From positions 183,892,001 through 183,956,000 of the forward strand of contig OX597815.1 in assembly GCA_951406725.2 (NCBI GenBank): DNA of 64,000 bases, written 5' to 3'. Below the pieces are notes generated by a model. The model was not told the origin of the DNA and made no database searches. It saw nothing but the letters and a program-made list of their open reading frames with translations. This document shows positions 48,168 through 64,000 of the stretch, in pieces. The stretch comes from Octopus vulgaris. Lineage: Eukaryota. The position numbers were made by a program, and so were the translations under genes. Within the stretch, counting starts at the first letter, position 1; every line of letters starts with the position of its first letter.

Positions 48168-48900
48168 AAAAAAGATTCCTGCTCAGCAGCTGCCCTTTCA
48201 ACAACACGTTGGTGGTTTGTGGTACGCACCACATCTGCGTACCTCCGTTTTGGGGCAGGTGATGCCTGGTCCATCCCATTTCCTTTCGGTGGTTGGTTTC
48301 TGTGGCAGGGTCCCGGATGTGCAAAGCGGCAGCCTGCACCTTCCTCTCCATGCCGGCAGGCACCTTTCAGGTAGAACCTACATACCCGTGTGCGCTGCTT
48401 GTTTCCATCCTTTTTGGCATATGGACCGTTAGGTTTGCCTCTGTCCCTGGCTGCCTTGTCCCTTGGCTTTGTCTGAGTTTTAGCTTCAGTTTTTCCTCTT
48501 TTTTGGCCTCTTCATCTCCATGTCCACGGCTTTTGGAGCCGGTAGGAGCATCCGTACCTGGGTTCACCTCCCGGGCAGGCCTATCGTTGGAGTTTTCTTC
48601 CTGGGCGTCCACCAGGTGGGGGTGACCCTCCTCATCTGCGCCCACGTCTCCATCCTTGCCATCTTTACTTTGTTCGCGTTTTTCGCTGTTAAAAATGGCA
48701 TCCAGTGTGTTTATGTGCGATCTGACAAGTGCGTATGAGCGTACGAACTCTTGCCTCTTCCGCTCTATTTGTGCTGATGTCCTTTTGAATCCTTTGTTCT
48801 TTAGTGCTGCCGCAATTATGTTACTTGGACTTTCTCCGTCAGCGCATTGCCATCCTCGCAGGAACCACACCAGTTCATCACGTTTCCAAGCTCTGGACAT
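48011..48900 (-). CDS. LINE ORF1: Myb/SANT (trihelix)-like N-terminus plus CCCH zinc finger; one frameshift
   Basis: 48900 frame gives AWKRDELVWFLRGW...IIAAALKNKGFKRTSAQIERKRQEFVRSY. The -1 frame after ~48510 gives RVCRFYLKGACRHGEEGAGCRFAHP and runs open into the track ORF 48011-48274. Confidence 0.75.
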
Positions 48901-49926
48901 TCTTGATATATTATCTATCTATCTAATTATGTTAAGTAATATTAATCCAAAGTAGGGGGGTAATAGAGAAAGAGAGCGTCTATGTACTTAAGGAGAGATT
49001 GGGAGCCAAGAGAAGAGAGCAGGAGAGAAGAGGAAGAGGAGAGATATTTTGTCTATCTATCTATCTATCTAGTTATATTAAGTTATATTAATCCAATAGT
49101 GCAATAGGGGGGTAGGGGGTAATAGAGAAAGAGAGCGTCCGTGCACTTAAGGAGAGATTGGGAGCCAAGAGAAGAGAGCAAGAGAGTAGAGGAAGAGGAG
49201 ATACTGAGTGCTGAAGGAAGATAGAGAAAGCCTCTAGAGGAGAGCTGAGATAGACAGAGAAAGCGCAAAGGGAGAGAACCGAAGAGACAGACAGAGAGAT
49301 CTAAACGAAGCTATTGGGCCAAGGAGGGGCGCAAGGGAGAGAACTGGAGAGACAGATAGAATTCTAAACGAAGCTATTGGGACATACATATGTATACACA
49401 CACACACACACATGTACACACGTGTGCACATGCACATATATAGACAAGAGTAACAAGTGAGTATATAAAGAGACAATAATAATAATGAAACATATATAGG
49501 CATATATTACAAAACATATATAAACATATATTACAAAGTAATAATAGTAAGAGATTATAAGACAATAATAATAATAAAAATGAAAAATAAAATAAAATAA
49601 AACAGCTGAAAGAAAAGAAAAGAAAGAAAGAAAAAACAGGCCAGGAGGTTTTACAGAGTTTATATATATATATGTAGTATATACATACGCACATATATAT
49701 ATATAACACACACACATATATTTAACAAGTGATAATAATAATAGATAATAAAATAGTGTAATAATACATTTGTCCGCCGCAACAGACAAATTCTTCTATA
49801 ACAAAACTATAACTAATTGCGACTATACCTTTAATAATAATTAAAACAGCTGAAAGAAAGCACGCCAAGAAATGGCAATATATATTTATTTTAAGATAAA
49901 CTAATGTCTCTTAAGATAAACTACAA

Positions 49927-50187
49927 TGATTCTACTACTAACACACATGCACGTATATATAGATATATGCGCACATACATATATAAACAGAGTAACAAAT
50001 TTATAGATAATAGATTTAACGAAATTACAGTACAAGAATTTGTGATACGTTTTTGCAAGGATATAAACGATTCTACTACTAACACACACACACACATGCA
50101 CGTATATACTAACACACACACACATACGCACATACATATATAAACAGAGTAACAGGTAATTTATAGATAATAGATTTAACGAAATTA
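49927..50187. repeat. Direct tandem duplication (~140-bp period) abutting the gap
   Basis: gattctactactaacacaca...aaacagagtaaca...atttatagataatagatttaacgaaatta occurs twice. Confidence 0.85.
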
Positions 50188-50287
50188 NNNNNNNNNNNNN
50201 NNNNNNNNNNNNNNNNNNNNNNNNNNNNNNNNNNNNNNNNNNNNNNNNNNNNNNNNNNNNNNNNNNNNNNNNNNNNNNNNNNNNNNN
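50188..50287. other. Assembly gap (100 N)
   Basis: Run of N. Confidence 1.
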
Positions 50288-50365
50288 CGGGTTGATTCGG
50301 GGTTAACCACAGTAAATAAGGTACTCAATACATAGCAGAGTAAAATTAATTTATTATATAGAAGG

Positions 50366-50416
50366 AGCTTCTACAGGACTAGAACTGTTTCATTCAAGAG
50401 AAATCTTCAGGAAGCT
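50366..50416 (-). ncRNA. Type I hammerhead ribozyme
   Basis: AGCTTC-CTGAAGA-TTTC-TCTT-GAAT-GAAA-CAG-TTCTAGTC-CTG-TA-GAAGCT; intact core, stems I and III perfectly paired. Confidence 0.85.
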
Positions 50417-51041
50417 AGTTAACAAGAATTGTATTGGCATTTATACATTTAGGCAGGTTTAAAGAGGTGTTGGTGGGGGACTTTTTTGGGGGTAGGCATA
50501 GCGCAAAATATCATACTTGGGGGAGTGGTCAAGGAGTCAGTGTTAAATTAGATAGAAGAATAAATAAAAAATAAAAAAATAAAAAAATAAAAATATATAT
50601 ATATATATATAAAAAAAGGGGGGAATAGAGTTTTAGGTAAATAAGGAGATTCTCACTTATACCTATGCACATATGTATACATATATACACACGCATACAA
50701 ACATATATACATATACATACACACATACATACACACACATATATATATACATATATATACACTTACACATACATATACATATCTACACATACACATATAT
50801 GTGTACATACACACACTCACATGCATACACGTATACACACATGTATATATACACACACACGACCACACATACATATACACACAGAAAAATATATATACAC
50901 ATACACACACATACACGCATACTCACATACACGCATACACACACAAATCCACACACACACATGCACACACAGCACACTAGTCCCTATATACACATATATA
51001 CACATACACACATATATATACACACACATACATATACATAC

Positions 51042-51092
<51 letters not shown>

Positions 51093-51502
51093 CATATGTG
51101 TACCTATGCATACCTACACATACACACATATATATATACGCATACAAATACAGACCCATTCCCTAATTTTAATTTTATTATCTTCGTTTATTACTTTTGT
51201 TATCTTTGGCCGCTTGGTCACAAACATCTTGGCTATGACAGCCAGTCCATTTATCTGTCTACTGGAAAACAAGCACTCATTCACTCACGCACACTCTTTA
51301 GCACGTACACTCACTCATTCGTACACTCATATACATACATGCACGCGTTATATTCATACATACATACATCTACATACATTCACGTATATACACATACGTA
51401 CGCGTACCTACAGATTCATGTCTACACTCTTAGAAGGCTAGTCTATACATATACACCAATAAATATAAATACACACACATACACGTACACCTACATACAA
51501 AT

Positions 51503-51568
<66 letters not shown>

Positions 51569-51792
51569 TCACACATATATACACATATATACATACACAT
51601 ACATACATACACACACATATATACACATATACACACATATACACATATATACACACATACACACACATATACACACATACACATACATACGTATACATAC
51701 ATACATACATCCATACATCCATACATACATACATTTATACACATACACACACCCACATACATACATATATATACGCGCATATATATATCTAT

Positions 51793-51825
<33 letters not shown>

Positions 51826-52234
51826 CATATATACATATATATTCATACACACACATACATATACATACATACATATACAAATATACGCACACACATACAT
51901 ACATACTCATATACTCATACACGCATATACACATGTACATGCGTACCCATACACACACACACACACGCGCGCGTCCATATATACACATAAGTACACCCAT
52001 GCGTAAAAGTATACGTATATCTATGCTTACACATACACACACACACACGCGCCTCCTTATATTCATACTTACATGCATACTAAAAAAAAATAAGTAAATA
52101 GTAAAATATATATACGCGCAGTTATTCATACATGCATACTCAAAAAATAAATAATAAATAATAAATATTAAGTATATGTACGTGCAGTTACCTATTATAT
52201 AGACGGATACATACATATAAACTTACACACATAG

Positions 52235-52277
<43 letters not shown>

Positions 52278-52565
52278 CATACATATATACACATATATAT
52301 ACACACACATACATATATATATATATACACACACACATACACACATATATATATATATATATATATACATACTTACACATGTACATATAAATACACACCT
52401 AGATAACTCTACGTACCTACATATACATAAACACACGAGCGTACGCGTATATGTACATATACACATACACATACACACGCATATATATACATACATACAT
52501 ACACATACACACATGTATACACACACACACACATACACATATATATACATACACATATATACATA

Positions 52566-52615
<50 letters not shown>

Positions 52616-52768
52616 CACATACACATACACACATATATATACATGTGTGTAAACATACATACATTCTCATACAAGCACACACACACTTACATTTACATAT
52701 ATACACACACTTACACACATATATACATACACATGTACATACATACATACATACGTATATGCATACAT

Positions 52769-52799
<31 letters not shown>

Positions 52800-52886
52800 C
52801 ATACATACATACACAAACACATACCTATACATATATATACACACATATGTATACACATGCACATACTTATATCTCTACATACTCGC

Positions 52887-52927
<41 letters not shown>

Positions 52928-53210
52928 CACACACATACATATACCTATATACATGCATATATACACATACATATATATACACATCTACAATTTGTATCTA
53001 CACTCACATACCTGCACATACACATAACTCTACATACCTACATATACATCGACATACTCGCGTACACTCATATATATACACATATATATACATATACACA
53101 CACACATACATATACATATACATATACATATATATAAACATATACACACATAATACACATATACACACACACATACATATATGTATATATATATATACAT
53201 ATATACACAC

Positions 53211-53267
<57 letters not shown>

Positions 53268-53667
53268 CATACATATATATATATATATACACATACATAC
53301 ATACATACACATATACATACATGTACATATACACATACACACACATATATATACACACACATACATATATCAACAATTGAGGGTAAAGTTAATTAGTTAT
53401 TAATCAATTTCACCAAGTATTCAGTTGTAAAAGGACCATTATTTTTATGAGTAAACAATGTCTGAGGGAAAATATTCTCTAAGTAGTGGAAGAGGCTAAA
53501 AACTTTATTGGCTGCTATTTCTAGAAAGTTCAGTATGTGGCAAAGTAATTTATTTTACTAAGCCCTAATTATATAATATTTTATACATACATACACATAC
53601 ATACACACATACATATACACATACATATGCATACACACATATATACATATATACATACCTACATCTA

Positions 53668-53698
<31 letters not shown>

Positions 53699-53700
53699 GC

Positions 53701-53739
<39 letters not shown>

Positions 53740-53937
53740 TATATATTTTTACATACATACACGCACACACACACATAATACATGCTTATAATCCTACTAT
53801 ACCCATACATTTCTATACATATATACGATACACATATACAAGCGTGCACATACAATATGTGAAAGGTCTTAGGAGAAAAGGTAATCGGGGGTGCTAGGGG
53901 AACGGTGGGATTGGGGGGTTTTGTGGGTGGGGTGTCA

Positions 53938-54217
53938 TCAATCTGGTTGCCGGGTAGGTCTATAGTTCTTGTAGTTCGCATACTTCTTATGCATACAATT
54001 TGGGGAGTGTTCTGAGATTTTGTTAAGGAGAGGGCCTTTGGCGAACAAGATCTCTAGGCTCTCCGATATGCAGAGGTCACAGCAGGTATGGCCTCCTGTG
54101 TACGAGCGCGCCTTCTGTAGTAGTTTCCACTTGGTCTTGAAGGGGATGGAGTTCCTTTTAAGGTGCCAGATGTGGGCGGCGAGGGTAGTTTGGTTGGATT
54201 TATCCTGTCGCCGGAAC
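53938..54217 (-). CDS. PLE GIY-YIG endonuclease C-terminal fragment
   Basis: TTLAAHIWHLK...KWKLLQKARSY...CDLCISESLEIL...LLNKISEHSPNCMH; truncated exactly at the inverted-repeat junction. Confidence 0.8.
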
Positions 54218-54597
54218 GTGTATGTGTAGATATGTATATGTATGTGTAAGTGTATATATATGTATATATATATATGTGTGTATGTATGTGTGTATGTATA
54301 TGTATATATGTTTGTATGCGTGTGTATATATGTATACATATGTGCATAGGTATAAGTGAGAATCTCCTTATTTACCTAAAACTCTATTCCCCCCTTTTTT
54401 TATATATATATATATATATATTTTTATTTTTTTTATTTTTTATTTTTTATTTATTCTTCTATCTAATTTAACACTGACTCCTTGACCACTCCCCCAAGTA
54501 TGATATTTTGCGCTATGCCTACCCCCAAAAAAGTCCCCCACCAACACCCCTTTAAACCTGCCTAAATGTATAAATGCCAATACAATTCTTGTTAACT

Positions 54598-54648
54598 AGC
54601 TTCCTGAAGATTTCTCTTGAATGAAACAGTTCTAGTCCTGTAGAAGCT
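54598..54648 (+). ncRNA. Type I hammerhead ribozyme (inverted copy)
   Basis: Identical to the reverse complement of 50366-50416; predicted cleavage after GTA at 54642. Confidence 0.85.
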
Positions 54649-54663
54649 CCTTCTATATAATAA

Positions 54664-56301
<1,638 letters not shown>

Positions 56302-56352
56302 TATATATATATATATATATAAATCATTAAATATATACATATATATATATAT

Positions 56353-56391
<39 letters not shown>

Positions 56392-56448
56392 TATATACAT
56401 ATATATATATATATACACATATATATATACATATATATATATATACAC

Positions 56449-56497
<49 letters not shown>

Positions 56498-56590
56498 TAT
56501 ATACATATATATATATATACATATATATATACATATATATATATAAACATATATATATATGCACATATATATATATACACATATATATAT

Positions 56591-56661
<71 letters not shown>

Positions 56662-57374
56662 TATATGTGTGTGTGTGTGTGTGCATATGTCTATGTGTGT
56701 GTGTGTAGCGGCAGCATGAGCGATTGTAATCTTTAGCGGTCCGCATTGTAGATTTTTAATTTTCACTGCTCATTTTGCGTCACCACGTGATCGTTGGGTC
56801 GATTTAGTTTTACTTGGACCACCCACATCTTTACCGTAATGGACTGGCCTGGCGTCTGTTCGTCAGTTGTAAAATTGGAAGTTCTGGGCGAAGACATTTT
56901 GCTACGAGCGACCAGGGAACTATTCCCTCTATGGTGTCTTGTCTGTCCTTGTTAGTCCCCCTCTATGTTTGGGCCCTTGTGGCTAATAAAGAAACCGAGC
57001 GACTAGCGAACTTGACGTGAAAACGATTTGATTTTAAGTTGCGCTCTGAACAGATTTCAAACCAGACTCTTTGAAATTAAGCTTAGCATTTCTACCAAAC
57101 TCTAAATAGAATTATTATAACAATGTATTCAGTGTAGTCAGGATTTCCTTCAATCTCTGTTCTACATTTTGATGAACATTAGAATATTTATAATGTTTTA
57201 ACAATTGAAATGTCTTACCGGATTGCTTCATAAAATTCTGAATTCTGAAGTTGTAATAAATGTTTCCTCGTGGACTATTGTAATTTGTGGCTGAATTCAT
57301 TTATCATCATCCATTTTGAATTCATTTAACAAACTTTTACTGCAATACATATTTCCACACAAATACTGTACTAG

Positions 57375-57432
<58 letters not shown>

Positions 57433-57699
57433 TTACACACATACACACAAGAACATAAATACACACATATATATATACCTACACGTACATAATTACACAT
57501 ACAAACACACACACACACATACATGTACATATAAACAGAAACTAATATAGTTATTTCTACCTATACACAGAGGTACATAAATTTACTCGCACATAAACAG
57601 AAATCATAAATGTGATATAATAAGAACATAATATATTAATATATAATAAGAAAAAGTAGGGGATTTAGATCGAAAGTCGGCTCATGCACTATGTTTCAA

Positions 57700-57980
57700 G
57701 CCCTCCCCCCCGCCCCGACTGGCACTTGTGACGGTAGCACGTAAAAAGCACCATCAGAACGTGGCCGATGCCATTACCGCCTGACTTGCTCCCGTGCCGG
57801 TGGCATGTAAAAAGCACCCACTACACTCTCGGAGTGGTTGACGTTAGGACGGGCATCAGGCTGTAGAAACATTGTCAGATCGGATTGGAATCTGATGAGG
57901 CCTCCTGGCTTGCCAGACCCCAGTCAAACAGGCCAAACTATGCCAGCATGGAAAACGAACGTTAAACGATGATGATGATT
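57700..57980 (+). mobile_element. SINE family E (ends in (GAT)n)
   Basis: Internal repeat gca[c/t]gtaaaaagcacc x2, ggagtggttgacgttaggacgggcatcaggctgtagaaac, and tail gccagcatggaaaacgaacgttaaacgatgatgatgat. Confidence 0.7.
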
Positions 57981-58504
57981 ACACAATCCATTTAAACTGA
58001 CGGTACATATTACCATATATTACTAATGTGTAGCTGTTATCAAACAACCAACTTAGAAATTATAGAGGGTGGACGACAACCGACTAACTACGTATATTAC
58101 CTTGAAAGAAATATATAAGGTGGCTAGTAGACATTACATAACAGGTTTAAAGTTCGCGAATTCTCTTCTAGAATGAAGGGAATAGTTAAGCCTAAGCTCG
58201 ATTTTTCTGTTAAGTAAATTCCCTTGATATTTTCATATTTTGATATTTCATAGAGTTTGGTGCAGAATAATTTGCAGCCGTACTTATTATTTGGATATGG
58301 TTGGTGCTGAACTAACGCGTGTCACTGTCATACAAGAACTGTTCTTTGTTTTCCAGGTAATCATGTCTAGGCATGTCGGAATATTACAATACTTGGAAGC
58401 AGGTGAAGATTGATAGCATTAAAAAAAAATCCACGAATATGGATAAATAGATTTTTCATGTGCATGTGAGTGTATGTGTGTGTGTATGTGTTATGTGCAC
58501 GCGT

Positions 58505-58912
58505 GTGTGGTTGGCTGTTTTCTTCCTAACCACAAGGTTCCGGGTTCAGTCCCACTGCGTGACACCGTGGGTGAGTGTCTTCTACTATAGCATCGTGCTC
58601 CTGAAAGATTTGTGAGTGGATTGGTAGACGGAAACTGAAAGAATCCTGTCGTATATAAGTATACATATCTCTACGTGTGAGTGTGTATCTATTTTCATAT
58701 CTCATTTGATCCTCTACTACAGCTTAACAACCGGTGCTGGTGTGTTTACATCCTCCTAATTTAGCAGTTCGGCAAATCAAACTGTCAGATTGCCAGGCTT
58801 AACAAAAAATAAGTACTGGGATCGAATTTCCCTTGTCGCCGTCGCCACATTTTCAGTACTAAAAATTCGTCAAGGTGATGCCCCAGCATGGCCACAGTCT
58901 AATGACGAAACA
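58505..58912 (+). mobile_element. SINE family A, diverged
   Basis: gggttcagtcccactgcgt...ccccagcatggccacagtctaatgacgaaac. Confidence 0.85.
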
Positions 58913-58920
58913 TATATATT

Positions 58921-59312
58921 CTTTTCTTTACTCTTTATACTTGTTTCAGTAATTTAACTGTGGCCATGCTGGAGCAGTGCCTTTAGTCGAGCAAATCGAC
59001 CCCAGAACTTATTCTTTGTAAGCCTAGTACTTATTCTATCGGTCTCGTTTGCCGAAATGCTAGGTTACGAGGACGTAAACACACCAGCATCGGTTGTCAA
59101 GCGATGTTTTTTTTTGGGGGGGGGAGCAAACACAGTCACACAAACATATACGATGAGCTTCTTTCAGTTTCCGTCAACCAAATCCACTCACAAGTCTTTG
59201 GTCGGCCCGAGGCTATAGTAGTAGATACTTGCCCAAGGTGCCACACAGTAGGACTAAGCCCATGAGCATGTGGTTCGTAAGCAAGCTACTTATTACACAG
59301 CCACTGCTACGC
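58921..59312 (-). mobile_element. SINE family A
   Basis: Tail-to-head match, directly adjacent to the plus-strand copy. Confidence 0.88.
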
Positions 59313-59723
59313 TTATATATATATCATACATGTATGTATCGTCTCTTAACCGAGACGTGTCTGGTTCTTCAAATGCTTAAATTCTGCGTATATACACATA
59401 CTTTTTCGATTGGTGACATTTATTAATAGCTCCTCCCATCATATTGATGCGTCACTTTCAATCGCTGGTAAAAATGTCGGCATTTTTGAGGCCATTGGTA
59501 TGCCAGTAATATTATAAGCATCATAAACTCCTTACAATCGAAATAATGAAACTGCGTAATTATTTAAGCAACGTTCCAAACTAAGTTTTCAGTAATACTT
59601 TTAATTAATATTTTAATTAATGTTTCTAAAATCAATGAATATGTTTTCAGGCCTGTAATTTATCGATTCGATTCTGGTAAATCAGCAGAAAGTTAATTAC
59701 ATGCAAACATATATACATATGTT

Positions 59724-59786
<63 letters not shown>

Positions 59787-60293
59787 ACACACACATATTT
59801 ATATATATATGAGACACTGAAAAGCTGGCGACGAGGGAAATTTGACGAACAGACAATCTCATTGATTAAACAACACGTTCAATAAAGGATCGATTCGTTG
59901 GTTGCATATGTCATTTATTAATAATAAAGAAGTGGAATTGAACCTGTGCGTGTTCTATTATTGGCCTAATGAATATCCCAAGTCAAAACATTTCTTGTAC
60001 ACAGGAATTCATAACATTATTGATATGAATTCCTGTGCACAAGAAACTTTTTCACTTGGGAAATTCACTTGGCTAATAATAGAACATAACAAAAGACAGT
60101 ATAAAAATACATAAATAGAAGCACAACTTTCCTATTTCTTCTACAAGGCTTAGAAAAACTGAAGATCTACAACATTGGAATAAGTGTGGGTAACAGAGAG
60201 GGAAATATGTTCAATAATATCATAAGTATATGATCCAATGGTATTTTCTTTTACGAAAAGCCAGGAATTTTTCATTACCTGTCGAGTATATGT

Positions 60294-61610
<1,317 letters not shown>

Positions 61611-61615
61611 ATCAT

Positions 61616-61668
<53 letters not shown>

Positions 61669-62204
61669 TACTTACATACATACATATATACATATACACA
61701 CCCATCTCTGCTGATTCACTGGAATCGATTAATTACTGAAGTCAAAACACAATCATTGTTTTTTAAAACATTAATTAATTGTATTAATTAAAAGTATTAC
61801 TTAAAACTATTATTCTGGAAACTTGCTTAAACAGCAACGCAGTTGCTATTTTACCAAACACACACACACACACACCCATATTTATATACACGCACATACG
61901 TTAAATATAAGTAATTATATTTATTCATTATAACTAATTCCGCTGTAACAGATGAATAATCACTGTCTGTGCAATAATGAAAAGTAGAGCTATGTTTTTT
62001 GATTTCAAATCCTATTTTGCGCTTTCTAATAAATGTTAGGTCGAGACATTCCGCATACATGCGTTTCTGTTTATACATATAATTACATACCCGAGAAAAT
62101 AGAGACAATAAGGCATATATATATACACTTATGTATATGTATATAATAAATTTATATACGTGTGTGTAAGGACTTTTATATGTATATACATATATGCTTA
62201 TTTT

Positions 62205-62410
62205 CTAAAACTGTTTTAGTCATTAAACAACGGCCACGTTGGAATAACGCCTTAAATTGAATAGTCGAACAAATCGACCCTATGCATTTTTTTAAAAAAC
62301 AAAACCTTGTACTTATTATGTCAACCGCTTTTTACGAACCGCTATATTAAACAAAGCAAAAACTGCTGTCAAGCGGTGACTGGGAGAAACTGTAACACAA
62401 AGGCACACAC
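62205..62410 (-). mobile_element. SINE family A, degenerate 3' part
   Basis: tagtcgaacaaatcgaccc...gaaccgcta...tgtcaagcggtg. Confidence 0.6.
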
Positions 62411-62594
62411 ACATACACACACACACACAGATACTCACACACACACACACACATACATACATACAGACATCTATATGTATATATATATATATGCACATAC
62501 ACATGTATATATTTATACGAACATATATATGAATATATGTATGTATGTGTATATGCATATATATATGTATATATATGTGGGTATGCGTATATAT

Positions 62595-62647
<53 letters not shown>

Positions 62648-63126
62648 TACACCCGCTCACAAATGATTGCGGTGATTGGGACGGTAGCTATTTTGTAGTT
62701 GTTCCTTGTTTTCACGGGGTGCCCTGTTGTGAGTTATGGTGTGTGTTCTTGGAACGGTATTGAAAAATGTGTCCCGATATCCCATATTCGGGTGTGGCGT
62801 TTTAGAGGGCTGTCGTTGGTAATTATTGCGTGTGGTGCGGATTCGTTGTGCATGGTTGTTTGGCAGGTTGTTGGAACGAAAATTTCGTTGGTAACTATTT
62901 TTTATGTATGTATGTATGTATGTATGTATGTATGTATGTATGTATGTATTTGTGTGTTTGTGCCTGTGTTAGACCCCCTACCATCGCTTGACAACCAATG
63001 TACTATATTTTTAAAAAATGAATTCAATTCACGATTACGAAAATATACGTCCCAAACTTTGGTTACTTTTTTTAACTGAGAACTTTCTTTACATGTATAG
63101 AAACCCCATACATTTATATACATATA

Positions 63127-63189
63127 CTAGCTGAAGGTGACCCGCTCTACGCGCGGGTAAGAGTGTGGTATATATATAAATGTATACAC

Positions 63190-63237
<48 letters not shown>

Positions 63238-64000
63238 TATATACACTTTGTATATATACATTATATATACATATTTATATATAGATACACACACACACAC
63301 ACATATAATTTCATTTTGAGGCCTCTGCTTATGTCGTCATTGAGAAGTAGTCCGCGCCTCAAACATGCTTCCCTGTAAGTGGCGCAGATGATACCATCAA
63401 CCGTGCGAAGATCAGCAAAAGACTTCGGTCCATGAAGCAACATTCTCAAAAAGAAGATTTCCTGTTTGGTAGGATGAATATTATACACACGCCCAATGAC
63501 GTTCTTCCTAGAAACACCGGGCCAATTGTCAAGTTCTGTTCCATGTAACCTGCGCTTCCAATTTTTGTTGTTGTATGTGTAATATTCCGGTACTTCAGGG
63601 TAAATGAGAGTAGCAGCAAACTCATCAACTGAACACAATTTAAAAAACGCTGTAAGCGTAGTCCCTTTTGGATTTTCAATGACTTGACGTGCATTTTTCT
63701 CTGTGAAGTAAACCAGCTGTCTCTTCTGTAAATGAACATTCAGATGGAAAACTGATGGTGAGCTTAGATGAATCTCGTATCGAAAAATGCGCCACGCTGC
63801 ATAATTAGAGGATACATACCTACCCAAAACGAATTGTTTAATTTCGTCATGTCTAAGGTCTTCATCACTGAACACAAACACGGCCATATCATCGCCCTTA
63901 TTAATGTACTTGCAGAGGTATTGTATGCATCTCACCAAATTGCAGTACTCAACATTAATGTGTGCATTAAATGTTTTGGAAAGCAAAGGGTTGAATCGAA
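63127..64000 (-). mobile_element. Helitron with RepHel fragment and intact 3' terminus; continues beyond the window
   Basis: Hairpin ACCCGC/GCGGGT at 63140-63158, then CTAG|T at 63127. Confidence 0.9.
63330..64000 (-). CDS. Helitron RepHel fragment (end of Rep domain and linker)
   Basis: FNAHINVEYC..IQYLCKYINKGDD, DEIKQFVLGRYVSSNYAAWRIF, IGRVYNIHP, FFLRMLLHGPKSFADLRTVDG..TYREAC.RRGLL; ends before the PIF1 helicase. Confidence 0.92.

Noticed and set aside
50529-53403. Many His/Thr/Tyr/Ile-rich ORFs
   Set aside because: Degenerate CA/TA microsatellite within a PLE UTR.
62670-62900. GT-rich non-microsatellite segment, possible retroelement fragment
   Set aside because: No diagnostic motif.

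Overview
Gene-poor, AT-rich, microsatellite-dense animal genomic DNA. The repeat families and giant (TA)n/(CA)n tracts suggest an octopus (coleoid cephalopod); this is inference. No host protein-coding gene is supportable, and nearly all long ORFs in the track are microsatellite read-through artefacts. The real content is transposable elements: two tandem near-full-length CR1/L2-group LINEs (one with an intact 1034-aa APE+RT ORF2 and a frameshifted Myb/SANT+CCCH ORF1), a 3' fragment of a related LINE, a Tx1/L1-type fragment, Penelope-like elements (PLEs) of three apparent clades plus several solo pseudo-LTRs, Tc1/mariner and hAT-like transposase pseudogenes, two Helitrons, two long inverted-repeat elements and about 25 SINE copies from five families. 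There is a 100-N gap at 50188-50287. Best second-look items: (i) a set of hammerhead ribozyme motifs in PLE termini, including an intact one present twice in inverted orientation; (ii) a tRNA-like Pol III head embedded upstream of a hammerhead in a Poseidon-type PLE; (iii) a SINE and LINE sharing a 39-nt 3' end with compensatory stem-loop changes; (iv) two probable consensus/polishing chimeras.
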